Assembly (NCBI GenBank): GCA_964016885.1
Contig: OZ024741.1
Location: forward strand, 318,432,001 to 318,496,000
Direction: 5' to 3'
Source of the DNA: Eledone cirrhosa
Lineage: Eukaryota
Length of the DNA stretch: 64,000 bases
The notes beneath the pieces are model-generated. The model saw nothing but the letters and a program-made list of their open reading frames with translations, was not told where the DNA came from and made no database searches. Each line of letters opens with the position of its first letter. The stretch's first letter is position 1. This document shows, in pieces, positions 14,138 to 27,689 of the stretch. The position numbers and the translations under genes are program-made.

Positions 14138-14392
14138 TGTGTGTGTGTGTGTGTGTTGGTGCCAATCCGTATGAATGTGTGTGTGTGTGTGTGTGTTGGT
14201 GCCAATCCGTATGAATGTGTGTGTGTGTGTGTGTTGGTGCCAATCCGTATGAATGTGTGTGTGTGTTGGTGCCAATCCGTATGAATGTGTGTGTGTGTGT
14301 GTGTTGGTGCCAATCCGTATGAATGTGTGTGTGTGTGTGTTGGTGCCAATCCGTATGAATGTGTGTGTGTGTGTTGGTGCCAATCCGTATGT
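14138..14392. repeat. Minisatellite: TGGTGCCAATCCGTATGAAT plus variable (GT)n, 7 units
   Basis: Direct reading. Confidence 0.9.
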
Positions 14393-14399
14393 ATTTGTG

Positions 14400-14682
14400 A
14401 AACACGTTGGTTAGTGACTAAAATGTTCACCTCACGATGGTAAGCGCGTGAGTTCGATTCCAGGCAGCATGTTGTATCCTTGAGCAATACACGTTATTTT
14501 ACATTGCTCCAATTCACTAAGATGGAAAAACACGTTGTACCTGTAATACAAAGGGCCTGGTTTGTTACACACTGTGTCAAAAACTGAATCTCCTCCAGAA
14601 CTAGCTTCAGGGTACACGTGTCTGTAGATGGCTCAGCAAGTTAATTTCCGTTGGTCGAACAACTGGAACACTCATTGTCGCA
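14400..14682 (+). mobile_element. SINE family 2 copy
   Basis: GAGTTCGATTCC B box, CCTTGAGCAATACAC, GGGTACACGTGTCTGT. Confidence 0.8.
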
Positions 14683-14685
14683 ATA

Positions 14686-15686
14686 ATGTATGTTTGCATG
14701 TCTGTGTGCACTTGCGGTTTCTTTGTGTTTGCATGTCTGTGTGTGTTTGCATGTCTGTGTGCACTTGCGGTTTCTTTGTGTTTGCAGTCTATGTGTGTTT
14801 GCATATCTGTATATGTTTGCGGCCTATGTGTATTTATGTATCTGTGTATATTTGTGAGTTTGTGTGTTTGTGTATATAGGTGTATTTGCATGTGTTTGCG
14901 TGTCTGTGTGTGTTTGTATGTTTGTATGTGTTTGCGTGTTTGTATGAGTTTATGAATCTGTATATGTTTATGTCTCTGTGTATCTGTGTGTGTGTGTATG
15001 CGTTTGTATGTGTTTGCGTGTTTGTATGAGTTCATGAATCTGTATGATTGTGTATCTGTGTGTCTGTGTGTGTTTGTATGATTGTATGTGTTTGCGTGTT
15101 TGTATGAGTTTATGAATCTGTATATGTTTATGTGTCTGTGTATCTGTGTGTGTGTGTGTGTGTATGCGTTTGTATGTGTTTGCGTGTTTGTATGAGTTCA
15201 TGAATATGTATGATTGTGTATCTGTGTGTCTGTGTGTGTTTGTATGATTGTATGTGTTTGAGTGTTTGTATGAGTTTATGAATCTGTATATGTTTATGTC
15301 TCTGTGTATCTGTGTGTGTGTGTATGCGTTTGTATGTGTTTGCGTGTTTGTATGAGTTCATGAATCTGTATGATTGTGTATCTGTGTGTCTGTGTGTGTT
15401 TGTATGATTGTATGTGTTTGCGTGTTTGTACGAGTTTATGAATCTGTATATGTTTATGTGTCTGTGTATCTGTGTGTGTGTGTGTGTATGCGTTTGTATG
15501 TGTTTGCGTGTTTGTATGAGTTCATGAATATGTATGATTGTGTATCTGTGTGTCTGTGTGTGTTTGTATGATTGTATGTGTTTGAGTGTTTGTATGAGTT
15601 TATGAATCTGTGTGTTTGTGTATCTGTGTGTATTTGTATGAGTTTACATCTATGTATGTGTTTGTGTGTTTGTATGAGTTTGTGAA

Positions 15687-15726
<40 letters not shown>

Positions 15727-15795
15727 TGTGTGTTTGTATATCTGTGTGTGTGTGAGTATCTATATATGTTTGTATGTGTGTTTGTACGTGTTGTG
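14686..15795. repeat. Complex TG-rich satellite with higher-order units
   Basis: Recurrent GTTTGCGTGTTTGTATGAGTT(T/C)ATGAATCTGTAT blocks. Confidence 0.85.
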
Positions 15796-16104
15796 TCTTA
15801 GTTGTTGGCAACTGGTGGAAATACTTAGCTGAACACGTCTATCTGGTGTGAAACAGGACTTAAACGGCTGTAAATTGTCAATGGTGGAAAAATACTGGAT
15901 TAAACGACAATAAATAATATGTAGAATGGTGATCTTGACGTAGCAAACGTCATATATTTATGAGGTGTGGGTGTGTGGGTGTATGTATGTGTGTGTATGT
16001 ATATATATATATATATATATATAGTAATAATAATAAATTTGAAGACTAAAATCCAAAGATGGCTCGATAAGGATAAATATATATCAAATATATAAGAACC
16101 GTAG

Positions 16105-16172
<68 letters not shown>

Positions 16173-16208
16173 CACACACACACACACATATATATAAATA
16201 TATATATA

Positions 16209-16266
<58 letters not shown>

Positions 16267-16308
16267 AAGAGTGAAGAATAACATGGTCAACAGTACAAAA
16301 AGGGTTTG

Positions 16309-16343
<35 letters not shown>

Positions 16344-16424
16344 ATACATATATATAGGAGGGAGAGAGAAATAGAGAGATAACAATATATACTCATATAT
16401 ATATATATATATATATTATTGTAT

Positions 16425-16479
<55 letters not shown>

Positions 16480-16757
16480 TAGATACTTATATATCAAGCG
16501 TTAAACTAACATATTTCTTCATTGTACTGTTTATATAAGTTCTTGTACTTATGTATTTTACAAGTCTTATGGCCATTGGCTTTTCCCGGTTAATCTGCTT
16601 TTTGACTGATTTTGTTTTTACTCCGAGGGATATCGAAAGCTTTCCTTCCCCTCCACGCTAGCGTGGTGAAGGGGGGGGGGGGGGGGGGTTCATTGCCGCC
16701 ACACAAGAAATTGTAATGGGTTTCATATTTCCAATAGAGCTTAAGAGCTCTCTCCCC

Positions 16758-16794
<37 letters not shown>

Positions 16795-16819
16795 ACACAC
16801 ACATAAGTACCCCGTCTGT

Positions 16820-17105
16820 ATCGACAATGTCTGTATCCTGCTGTTCAATCAACAGGACAGTCTTGTCGGGAAATTAATGAGCATGTGGCTGAGCATGCTA
16901 CAGGCACATGTACCCTTAACATAATTCTCGGGGAGATTCAGCATAACACCGGATGTGACAAGTCTTGCCCTTTGAATAACAGGTACGACTCATTTTTTGT
17001 CAGCTGTGTGAACTGAAGCAACTTAGAATAAAGTGTCATGGTTAAGGACACAACGCTCTGTCGGTCTGGGACTCGAACATTACAATTGTGAGCCCAACAC
17101 CCTGG
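16820..17105 (-). mobile_element. SINE family 2 copy
   Basis: Reverse complement of family 2 body and head. Confidence 0.7.
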
Positions 17106-17343
17106 TCTCAAATCCACCCTCTTTCACACACATATACAGATGCACAAAAACATTTTTCCCCAGCACACACACACGCAGACACGCAGATATATATTAAAAT
17201 GCTTTTATAATAATTTAAAAAAAAATGATATAACTTGAAACCTAATTAATCTTCGTTTATGGAGACAATGTTCCATTTCGACCTGGCTGTTTTCTATCCG
17301 CCGGGTCAAAGGGGCGCTAGTTCACAATTAGATGAAGTCAGTG

Positions 17344-17431
<88 letters not shown>

Positions 17432-17487
17432 TCTGCGCTAGTGAAAATATATGCTATTTTCAAAAGTACACAGTGACTGATCGGCAG

Positions 17488-17553
17488 GTGAACAGTCAGC
17501 TGTATTGATGAAGGGTGATACCCAGAAACATTAGTGTCTGCAGTTCTGTTCAC
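17488..17553 (+). ncRNA. Type-I hammerhead motif (C3->U variant)
   Basis: AGCTGTA-TTGATGA-A-GGG-TGATA-CCC-A-GAAA-CA-TTAG-TG-TC-TGCAGTT; stem I extended by GTGAACAG/CTGTTCAC; GUC triplet. Confidence 0.6.
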
Positions 17554-17728
17554 ATGCAAACATAAGAGCAAGAATGAGGGGCTCATTCTACTGACATGGC
17601 TATAAAATTGAGTCTTGTTTGCAAAATTGCAAACAAATCGAATGTTATTATTAATATTCGAAAATCTCAGATTACATTTATTGTATTCAGCCATGTAGAG
17701 CGAAATTTTCTTATATATATATATATAT

Positions 17729-17945
17729 AATAGTAGAACACTGGTGGGTTATATACGTAGTAGAAGAGCACCCAGTCCATGGGACGAGTTTGGTAGAAGT
17801 AAAGTAGTATCACAACAGTTAGTTTACCATAACGAGAACAATTGTTTCACCTTATACGTAGAAGAAGAAGAAGAAGAAGAAGAAGAAAATCGCATAAGAT
17901 GAAACATGTGTTCTCGGTATGGTGAACTAACCCTTGTGGAACTAC

Positions 17946-17950
<5 letters not shown>
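17729..17950 (-). mobile_element. Penelope-like fold-back element, family A
   Basis: Embedded in (TA)n. ~60 nt tail at left, then inverted arms TAGAAGT...GTTTCACCTTA / TAAGATGAAAC...ACTTCTA with (GAA)n in the centre. Homologous to 34325, 48383 and 62960. Confidence 0.7.
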
Positions 17951-18037
<87 letters not shown>

Positions 18038-18399
18038 ATTCATATTTATATATATATATATGTATAATGGGCTCGTCCAAAAATGACTACAATATAAGTT
18101 GATCACTATAAATAGCTGAGATAATCGTGTAAACATAGAGACGGGAAAATGTGGACATGTTTTTTTTTCTGGTTGGAGGTATACCTTAAGCGATTTTCTC
18201 AACTACTATTTATCATAATCGACTGTTACTGTGGAAAGACTACATTTCAAATTTCGACTTTCCAAAGTGTTTCTTAAATCAGCAGGATGTTGACATATAT
18301 ATTGCACGCCAGCATGTGGTTCGAAAGATAGAGATACAGCTGTCTGTTCGTCAAAGATAACTGTTTTTCTGAGTGCATTTTTCTGACGATACTGCATGA

Positions 18400-18500
<101 letters not shown>

Positions 18501-19540
18501 GGGTGGTATGTATATATAATATAATTCTAATCATAGCTAAATGTTGATCAAAGAGAGAATCATTATCTCTTAATGTCCTTTATATAAAATCAAAAATAAT
18601 TCAAAATTAAAAACAATACAAAACTATCCGCCTCGAAGTAGGCCGGACTCTGCGATTACACGATCATATGTCGTCAGTCTGTATATATAGTGTTCTTATT
18701 ATGGAAGACCGTTGGGGAGACGTTCATTATCTCTCGTTCATTATCTCTCTTAACGTCCAAGAATACTGTCATAAACAAATACATTTATATCTAGACAGGA
18801 CTTATATACGGCGCCGAGTTGTTAGAGTCGTTTGAACGTCGGATAGAATACTTTGTAATAATCATTCCGGCTGTGCAACGCTCTCTGAGTTCAAATCACG
18901 TAGAGTTCAACCTTCTCTTTCATCCTTTCGAGATCGATAAAAGTATCAGTCGACTCCTCCCGCTCTCTCTCTCGCCCTCTCTCTATCTCCCACCCTTTCT
19001 CTCTCTCCCACCTTTTCTTTCTAGCCCCTCTCTCTCTCTCTCCCCTCTCTCTTTCTTCCTCTCTCTCCTCCATTCTCCCCTATCCCCCTCTCTCTCTCCC
19101 TCTCTCTTTCTCTCTCTCTCTGGACGAAATCGGCCGAGTCCCCACTTCGATAAAGGATGTTTTCCGTCAAGATAATAATACGCAAGACATGCCGTATGTC
19201 CAATATTTTACAAGACGAAATAAAAGCAGAGCATGAAACAATTTGGTGAAGACAAAATACGTATATAACTAGATGTTCGACATTTATATCGAACAATGTG
19301 CGAAAAGATGGTTAATTAGACCCGTGGAGACAAAAACAAAACACACAGAAGGTGACACGCAGAGAGGAAATGTTCGGATAGAAGTCAAGCCAAGTCTGAA
19401 CAGTGTAGGAGCATGGAGGCGAAACAAGAAGACAATAGCTTTACGTGATAAAAGGTTAGAAGGTCGCAATAATAGAAGTGAACAACTCAACAAAGGAAAA
19501 GGAAATGGGAACCGCGTATGTCACAGATAGTATTGTAATA

Positions 19541-19719
19541 TTTGTTTCTACTTTTGGCACAAGACCAGCAATTATCTCTGTATATTACTGGTACTTTATT
19601 TTATCGACCCGGTAAGGATGAAAGGTAAAGTTAACCTCGGCGGGATTTGAACTCAGGCCACAAAGGGCTGTAACTCTTTGTTGCAAAGCATGGCGTCCGA
19701 CCATCTACCGATACTGCCT
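19541..19719 (-). mobile_element. SINE family 1 copy
   Basis: Full family consensus. Confidence 0.9.
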
Positions 19720-19875
19720 AATATTAGCAACAGAGACTAGAACTCTGTGGCCATCATCTGTCAAATAAACTTTCCACCCCTACTGACAGTACTGCTTGTT
19801 CCTTCGAGGTCACACACACACACGCACACATATATATATACATATACATATACATATATCTTTTATACTTGAATT

Positions 19876-20245
<370 letters not shown>

Positions 20246-20247
20246 AC

Positions 20248-20920
20248 CAAGTGTAATAATCTTTCTGGTGTTTGGGAAAAGGCGTAACGTCTGGTTGTCT
20301 GAAGGTTGAAAAAATCCAGGAAAATAAAAAAAGACAAAGGCTAGTGGTAAGAGTTTTCTCCCTTACATTAGATGATGCATTTTCATATGGAACAGGGCGT
20401 TTAGAGTTTTACAGCTTTGTTTGGGGGTTTTTTTTTTCAACTTTTTAAAGAGATTTTCCGCCCGCGCATGTTCTAAACCACTTTTTTTCTGCTCAAGATG
20501 CGGGCCAACTATAATTGTCTCTCTTAGTAAAATCGTATCACTTTTAAGAACCGTAGCATACCAATCATGTGGTTCCAATAATCAAAGAATATTATGTTAC
20601 AGAGAGGTTATCACTTTACTGGGAAGTTTTTCTTTCCATTTCTCCATTTTCCCCATTTTTTTTCCAGAAAAATGATTGCAAATATCTTCATAGCATTTCC
20701 TTTTACTTCTCTTCTTCCGGATTTTATTTTATCTTCTGCAATGTTTTTCTAAGTCACATTATTCCTCCGATGATCTCTGTTTTCTTCTTGTCTTCACATG
20801 TTTGAATATCTTGGCAGCTCTATGACTTCTCTTCTCGTGAAAATCACATCATTTCATCATTCTGGGATTCTGATTCTTTCCTGGGTTAATAGTCTCTAAT
20901 TCTGATTCTGTCAATGAGAG
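20248..20920 (-). mobile_element. Possible highly decayed non-LTR retrotransposon fragment (R4/Dong-like N-terminal region)
   Basis: Minus-strand peptide remnants such as LTESELETIN; purine-rich and broken by many stops. Confidence 0.25.
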
Positions 20921-20968
20921 AGTGTTTCTTTCACACTCTCGTGTTTCTGTCATATACCTCTATACACA

Positions 20969-21076
<108 letters not shown>

Positions 21077-21414
21077 TATATATATATATATATAAATGTG
21101 TGTGAGTGTGTTTGCGTGTCCAAAAAGTACACATAATAATGTTTAGCTTGACTTGTTTTTTGGCTTAGGTGGGTTTTGGGCTTCTTGACCGCCTTCTGAG
21201 TTTGTAGGCCCTTTATAACCTATGTTTATTACTCTGGTCTTTTAGCCCATGGAGCGCTTGCCAGCATGACTCGGAATTTGAGTTACGTTTCGCTTTTTCT
21301 ACCCGCCAAAATACGATTCTCAGTGAATTTATATTTATATGTGTATATATATATATAGATATATATATATATATACATATACATACATATATATATCCAT
21401 CCATATATATATAT

Positions 21415-21478
<64 letters not shown>

Positions 21479-21742
21479 GGAAAAAATGAAACCAAATTTC
21501 ATTTCCAAATCTTAGTACGGCTGTTACTTAAATATAAGTATGTATACGTACATACATATATGTATACAGACGTACAGTAGTATGTATATATATATACATA
21601 CATGCACACACATATATATATGTACATATATATATGTACGTAATGTTCGGTGAATCCATACGTACATATATATATGTGTGTATGTATATATATATTCACA
21701 CTACTGTACGTCTGTATACATATATGTATATACGTATACATA

Positions 21743-21779
<37 letters not shown>

Positions 21780-21991
21780 CGTTTCTGAATTTGTTTAGCA
21801 AGATTCTTTATCTGAAATCGTGTGTTGAAACCGATATTGTTATACTTTGGGAGGGTCATGTTGCCAATAAGAAACACACGCACCAGTTGCTTTCACTTCA
21901 ATTTATTATATATTTATAAATTTATAAATTTACAAACTTATAAATTTCTGGTTGGTTGGTTGGTTCCACAACCAGATAGTTGTTTATATAT

Positions 21992-22036
21992 AGTCATAGT
22001 CCTTTCGTCACACACTCTGTGACCTCTTCAGTGACT
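21992..22036 (-). ncRNA. Minimal type-I hammerhead ribozyme
   Basis: AGTCA-CTGAAGA-G-GTCACA-GAGTG-TGTGAC-GAAA-GGAC-TA-TGACT; perfect stems I and II. Confidence 0.8.
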
Positions 22037-22170
22037 GGGGATTCCTTATTCCTTTCCTTTGTTTCTGTGCCTTTCCTTTCTTCTATCCTACGCCATTTTG
22101 TTTCACACAGAAACAAAATGGCGTAGGATAGAAGAAAGGAAAGGCACAGAAACAAAGGAAAGGAATCCCC

Positions 22171-22215
22171 AGTCACTGAAGAGATCACAGAGTGTGTGAC
22201 GAAAGGACTATGACT
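22171..22215 (+). ncRNA. Minimal type-I hammerhead ribozyme (mirror copy)
   Basis: AGTCA-CTGAAGA-GA-TCACA-GAGTG-TGTGA-C-GAAA-GGAC-TA-TGACT. Confidence 0.75.
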
Positions 22216-22364
22216 ATATATAAACAACTATCTGGTTGTGGAACCAACCAACCAACCAGAAATTTATAAGTTTGTAAATTTATAAATTTATAAATATATA
22301 ATAAATTGAAGTGAAAGCAACTGGTGCGTGTGTTTCTTATTGGCAACATGACCCTCCCAAAGTA

Positions 22365-22395
<31 letters not shown>

Positions 22396-22399
<4 letters not shown>

Positions 22400-22592
22400 A
22401 TGTTCAAGACCTCGACGCCAGAGCTCAAGCCGTTTCGACGGCAATTTCTGGACCGAAATAGCCGTCGAAACTGCTTGAGCTCTCTGCCGTCGGGGTCTTG
22501 GATATTTTCCTATTACCCACTCTACTACCGTAAGTATTGAGTATTCTGGTGCGTTATGGTCCACCTGGTTCCTTACCATACTTCCTTCGTTA
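22396..22592 (+). mobile_element. Penelope-like fold-back element, family B
   Basis: Arms 22396-22510, tail to 22592, (TA)n flanks. Confidence 0.7.
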
Positions 22593-22708
22593 TATATATA
22601 TATATATATATATACATAAATATACATCAAGCGTTAAACTAATATATTCCTTCATTGTGTGTACTGTGTTGCTGTTTTTATTGTTTCCGTTTACTTTTTG
22701 CATTTATA

Positions 22709-22753
<45 letters not shown>

Positions 22754-22974
22754 CTGTTTGGTTGCTTTCTCTATGGAGGTGTAGTAGATCAAAGGGCAAC
22801 AGTAAATATGAAGATACAACCATAAATAGATACACCAAAGAAACAACAAAACTCTAACGTTAATCGATGATAAATTTATGGCAGAAACTGTATAACAATT
22901 TACACTGTCACGAGACACTTTGTGTGGTTAAATAACGTTATATGACGTTTAACAATCTCTTCCTATGTAGGAAT

Positions 22975-23205
22975 GTGAAGCTGTGTGGTTTAGAGGTTAG
23001 GGGTGTTCGCTTCATGATCGTAAGCTTGTGAATTCGATTCCCGGTAGCGCATTGTGTCCTTGAGCGAGAAACTTTATTTCATGTTTTTTTTGTTGTTGTT
23101 TTTTTTCAGGCTGCTCAGCTGTAATTTGTTGACCTGTAATTCATAGGATGAGAATTGTTATACACATCTGGAATAGTCATCGTGGAAACTAACGGAGTTC
23201 CAACA
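22975..23205 (+). mobile_element. SINE family 2 copy, internally deleted
   Basis: GAATTCGATTCCCGG and GTCCTTGAGCGAGAAACTTT. Confidence 0.7.
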
Positions 23206-23635
23206 ACATGATCTGCACCTATATCAAAGCATATTTAAAAGAGTATGTCAACTGTTCATCTCTCTAGACATTTCATTCACTTTGGAAGTTTGAGTCTGAA
23301 TTACATTGCTGCCAATGCGTTTTTAGTGGACGCAAGCTTGGTTGAGTGGTTAAGAAAAAATTCGCAATAATGTGGTCACAGTTGGTTTCCACTGTTTGGC
23401 ATGTTGGATAAGTATTTATACTATATACTCGGATCCACCCAAGTCTTATAAATGAAACTGAGTAGAATGAAGCTGTTTCTATCCAATAGATGTACAAACT
23501 TGCCACATATTATGTCATACTGATTATCCCTGAAAACTACATTAAAAGCATGAATCTGTGAGGTACTCAACAACTTACACTATAATTTAAGATGGATGGT
23601 AGTGTCTCGGAATACTCAACCGGGTACTCAATAAT

Positions 23636-23850
23636 GGTTTCAGATTTAGGCACAAGGCCATCAATTTTGTAAGAGGGGAAAGTCGATTAAATCGACCCCA
23701 GTGCGTTACTGGTACTTTATTTTATTGACTCCGTAAGGATGAAAGACAAAGCTAACTTCGGCGTGATTTGAACTCAGAACGTCAAGGGCCGTAACCTTAT
23801 GCTACGAAGTATGGTGTCCGACACTCTACCGATACTGTCAATCCACCTCC
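23636..23850 (-). mobile_element. SINE family 1 long variant inserted in SINE family 2-derived tandem units
   Basis: Flanked by duplicated CTCAACC...TACTCAATAAT. Confidence 0.85.
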
Positions 23851-24984
23851 CTCAACCACCTACTCAATAATACAAGATTGACTGTACCAGTAATTCAAAG
23901 GGTCAGTCTTGTCACATATTGAGTCGCACTGATTGTACTTGAGAATTACGTAAAGAGTACTTGTGGCTGTGGAATACTCAGCCGCTTTCACGTTATTTTA
24001 CAACTTACACATTAATTCCTGATTCAAACGATTGAATGCCCATCGTATGTACCTATGGAAGATCCAACATCTTTATGTGTTTTATGTAATATGCTAGTTG
24101 TCTTCTTTTCAACCTTACGAAAAATATGAAAATTGTATAGAGTTGTATAGAAATTTGAATAACCTGGTCAGATATAAGATATCTTGCAGTTATACAATAT
24201 CGTATTTTCATGACAAATAAGCGCTAAACGTAAATTAAGAACACAATATAAATAAATAATGATATAATACAATATAATAGTACACTTTTCATCATTATTT
24301 CCACGCGTGCTGCTGCCCATTGTTTTCTGTTGTGGGCAGAAACAGATTTAGACCTTTTGGGGCCCGGGGCAATTCAGATTTGGTGAGCTCCACATAACAA
24401 CAATAACACACACAAACACACACAAACAGAAGCATATAACCACACAATCTCATCAACGCACTCAGGCACTGTAGACACTGGCTCATGTATTCAGTTTTTC
24501 TTCTTATATGTCTTCACAAATGGACCATATTCTGCTTGAAAGATTAAATGTATAAGTGTATATAATTACACATACACACACATAAATATATACACACATC
24601 AAACACCATCCACCCTCACCGCTCCCCGATAGATCCATCCTTAATTATGAGAGCTTATATGCCCTGTTATTAGACTATTTTTTACAGTCAAAATAATGTG
24701 AAAAGCTTCTACTTCAATTTTATTATAATATAATAGTACAGTTTGAACATTGTTACAGTGTTTACAATAACTTTATATGTGCATAGCAATGATAGGATTT
24801 ACATAATATTTTAAGATGTTTTGTTTGACATATTTATAAAGTCGATATAAACATATACGGTTCTATCTTATCCTATAACAGAGAGACACAACAAACAGAC
24901 ATATAATAAATAGAATTTTACAAGGTACACAACATGTAAATTATCTTTATACACACACATGATAGATTTTCAGGAAGAACAAAA

Positions 24985-25030
<46 letters not shown>

Positions 25031-25233
25031 CAAAACCACAGACCCTCCATCTCAACTCTACTTTTGAAAAGCAGAAGACCTGCGAAACCGGTAAAGGAAC
25101 CAAATAAATATATATATATTTTTTAAAATAAGACTCCAGTTGCATTTTCGATTTCATCTTTTTTTCTCTATACTATCACTCGTGTAGGACACCTCGGTTA
25201 TTTTTCATTTTGTAAAAAAAACCTCACTTTCTA

Positions 25234-25288
<55 letters not shown>

Positions 25289-25316
25289 TGTAATAAACAA
25301 CATAAGATAATTATTT

Positions 25317-25370
25317 CATTTACCAGTGGTTTCTTGAAAGCAAACAAATTTGCTTTCAGTCATCAGAATG
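25317..25370 (-). ncRNA. Type-I hammerhead motif (left arm)
   Basis: CATT-CTGATGA-C-TGAAAGCAAA-TTTG-TTTGCTTTCA-A-GAAA-CC-ACT-GG-TA-AATG. Confidence 0.7.
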
Positions 25371-25603
25371 GAAAAAGTCCTGGGGTTTTTATTGAATATG
25401 GATTTGAAAAACAAAAATATAAGGAATATGAAAGTGAGGCTGGAGGAAGAAGAAGAAAAGGAGAAAAGAAAAATAAATATATAAGGGCGGTGCCCCAGCA
25501 TGGCCTCAGCCGGATGGCTGAAACAGGTAAAAGAGTAAAAGAGTATAAAAACACACACGCACACACACACACGCGCGCATATATATATATATATATATAA
25601 ATA

Positions 25604-26180
25604 TTGGTTGAGGACTTCTTGTATTTGGGAGCAAAGATTGGGAATACGGAAGATGATGTGGTTGAGAGGAAGAGCAAAGCCTGGGCTGCGTGCCACAGCT
25701 TGAGATCGGTGTGGAAGTCGGACCTTCGTAAACTCCTGAAAATCCGCCTGTTCATTGCTGTAGTGGAGTCTGTGCAGCTGTACGGGTCTGAGACTTGGAC
25801 ACTGACCAAGAAACTCACTCAGATGGTGGATGGGTGCTACACGAGAATGCTGAGGATGGCTCTGAACATTAATCAGTATACACTGAGGATGAAGAACTCA
25901 GAGCTGTATGGGAGCCTCTCAAAAGTCAGCTCAAAAGTGACACAGAGGAGACTGAGGTTAGCTGGACATGCTCACCGACATCCAGAGTTGACACTGCACT
26001 CAGTGCTCCTGTGGGAGCCCCTACATGGACACACTGGAAGAGGAAGACCAAGGTTAACGTATGTTGATGCCCTAAGGACAGACACTGGTCTGTTGGAGAC
26101 GCAGGATATGGCAGCGATAATGAGGGACAGAGACCGCTGGAGAGAACTCGTCCATGGATCTCGGGAATTTTACCCGCCCC
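25604..26180 (+). mobile_element. RTE-clade LINE 3' fragment (RT thumb/C-terminus), open frame
   Basis: VEDFLYLG, LYGSETWTLT, RRLRLAGH, GRGRPRLTY and DRDRWR motifs. Confidence 0.9.
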
Positions 26181-26446
26181 TAGATATATATATATATATA
26201 CCTACACATACACACAAATACACAAACATATATATATATATGCATATATATATATCGGCCTGCCCGCCCAGCCAGAGGGATGGCGTTATCTTATGGCCAA
26301 AACACCACGACATGCTGTGACCAGCGGCAACGATTGGCGCCCGACAGACTGGTCACAGCATGTCGTGGTGTTTTGGCCATAAGATAACGCCATCCCTCTG
26401 GCTGGGCGGGCAGGCCGATATATATATATGCATATATATATGTATG

Positions 26447-26485
<39 letters not shown>

Positions 26486-26639
26486 GTGTATGTGTAGGTA
26501 TATATATATCTATCTAGGGGCGGGTAAAATTCCCGAGATCTATGGACGAGTTCTCTCCAGCGGTCCCCAGCCTCACTTTCATATTCCTTATATTTTTGTT
26601 TTTCAAATCCACATTCAATAAAAACACCAGGATTTTTTC

Positions 26640-26694
26640 CATTCTGATGACTGAAAGCAAAATTTGTTTGCTTTCAAGAAACCACTGGTAAATG
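26640..26694 (+). ncRNA. Type-I hammerhead motif (right arm)
   Basis: CATT-CTGATGA-C-[10 bp stem II]-A-GAAA-CC-ACT-GG-TA-AATG. Confidence 0.7.
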
Positions 26695-26798
26695 AAATAA
26701 TTATATTATGTTGTTTATTACATAACTAATAAGCTCTGTAACCTACATAGAGCACTCTTTCTTTCTGGACCTTTCCGACGGAATTACTTCATTCATAC

Positions 26799-26862
<64 letters not shown>

Positions 26863-26973
26863 ATATATATATATATGTGTGTATGTATGTGTGTGTGTAT
26901 GTATATATATATGTAATTATTTTCTATGTATATATACTTACGTATATAGACACATATATATATATACACACAC

Positions 26974-27045
<72 letters not shown>

Positions 27046-27137
27046 ATATATACATATACATATATTTCTATATATATATATATGTAGACACACATAAATA
27101 TATGTCTATATACACACACACACACATACATACATAT

Positions 27138-27176
<39 letters not shown>

Positions 27177-27215
27177 AATATATGTCTATATACACACACA
27201 CACATACATACATAT

Positions 27216-27254
<39 letters not shown>

Positions 27255-27332
27255 AATATATGTCTATATACACACACACACACATACATATACACACATA
27301 TATATATATATATGTGTGTATGTGTGTGTGTG

Positions 27333-27500
27333 TTGGAAGGGGCGTGTTGCGAATGAAAGCACACGCAGCGATTGATTTTTACATTTGTTTTATTAATCAA
27401 GTAATTGATCCATCAATCCGACAGTTAATAAACTAATTAATTAATTGTCAAAGTCCTTTCATCACAATCTGTGACTTTGTAGATGACTCCCTCTGTTTAT
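27333..27500 (-). mobile_element. Degenerate single arm related to the 530 bp fold-back family
   Basis: GTCAAAGTCCTTTCATCACAATCTGTGAC matches the hammerhead region GTCATAGTCCTTTCGTCACACACTCTGTGAC. Confidence 0.5.
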
Positions 27501-27689
27501 TCTCTTTTTCCAGACTTACTCCATCATCTCTGTTTGTCTCCTTCTTTCAGGACCTTGGATTCAGGTGATACAGTCCGGAGAAGAGATTGGCGTAGGTTCT
27601 GAAAGATTTTTAGGGAAAACTGAAGGATGACTACGCATTCCACAACCAAATGGTTTCTCACTTTTATATTCGTTGGAGCGGTCTGAGTC

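Larger units (their letters stand above)
21777..22368. mobile_element. Near-perfect 530 bp fold-back (21839-22368) with a ~62 nt one-sided tail; Penelope-like inverted pLTR
   Basis: Arms differ by one substitution and a 7 bp duplication; 5 nt loop ACACA; (TA)n on both sides; a hammerhead in each arm. Confidence 0.85.
25284..26795. mobile_element. Composite Penelope-like fold-back: hammerhead arms enclosing RTE cargo and an inner hairpin
   Basis: Outer arms 25284-25443 / 26567-26727, inner arms 26132-26324 / 26349-26565, tail 26728-26795, (TA)n flanks. Confidence 0.8.

Noticed and set aside
14138-14392. CRISPR-like array of constant 20 bp repeats
   Set aside because: Spacers are just (GT)n, there are no cas genes and the context is eukaryotic; this is a minisatellite
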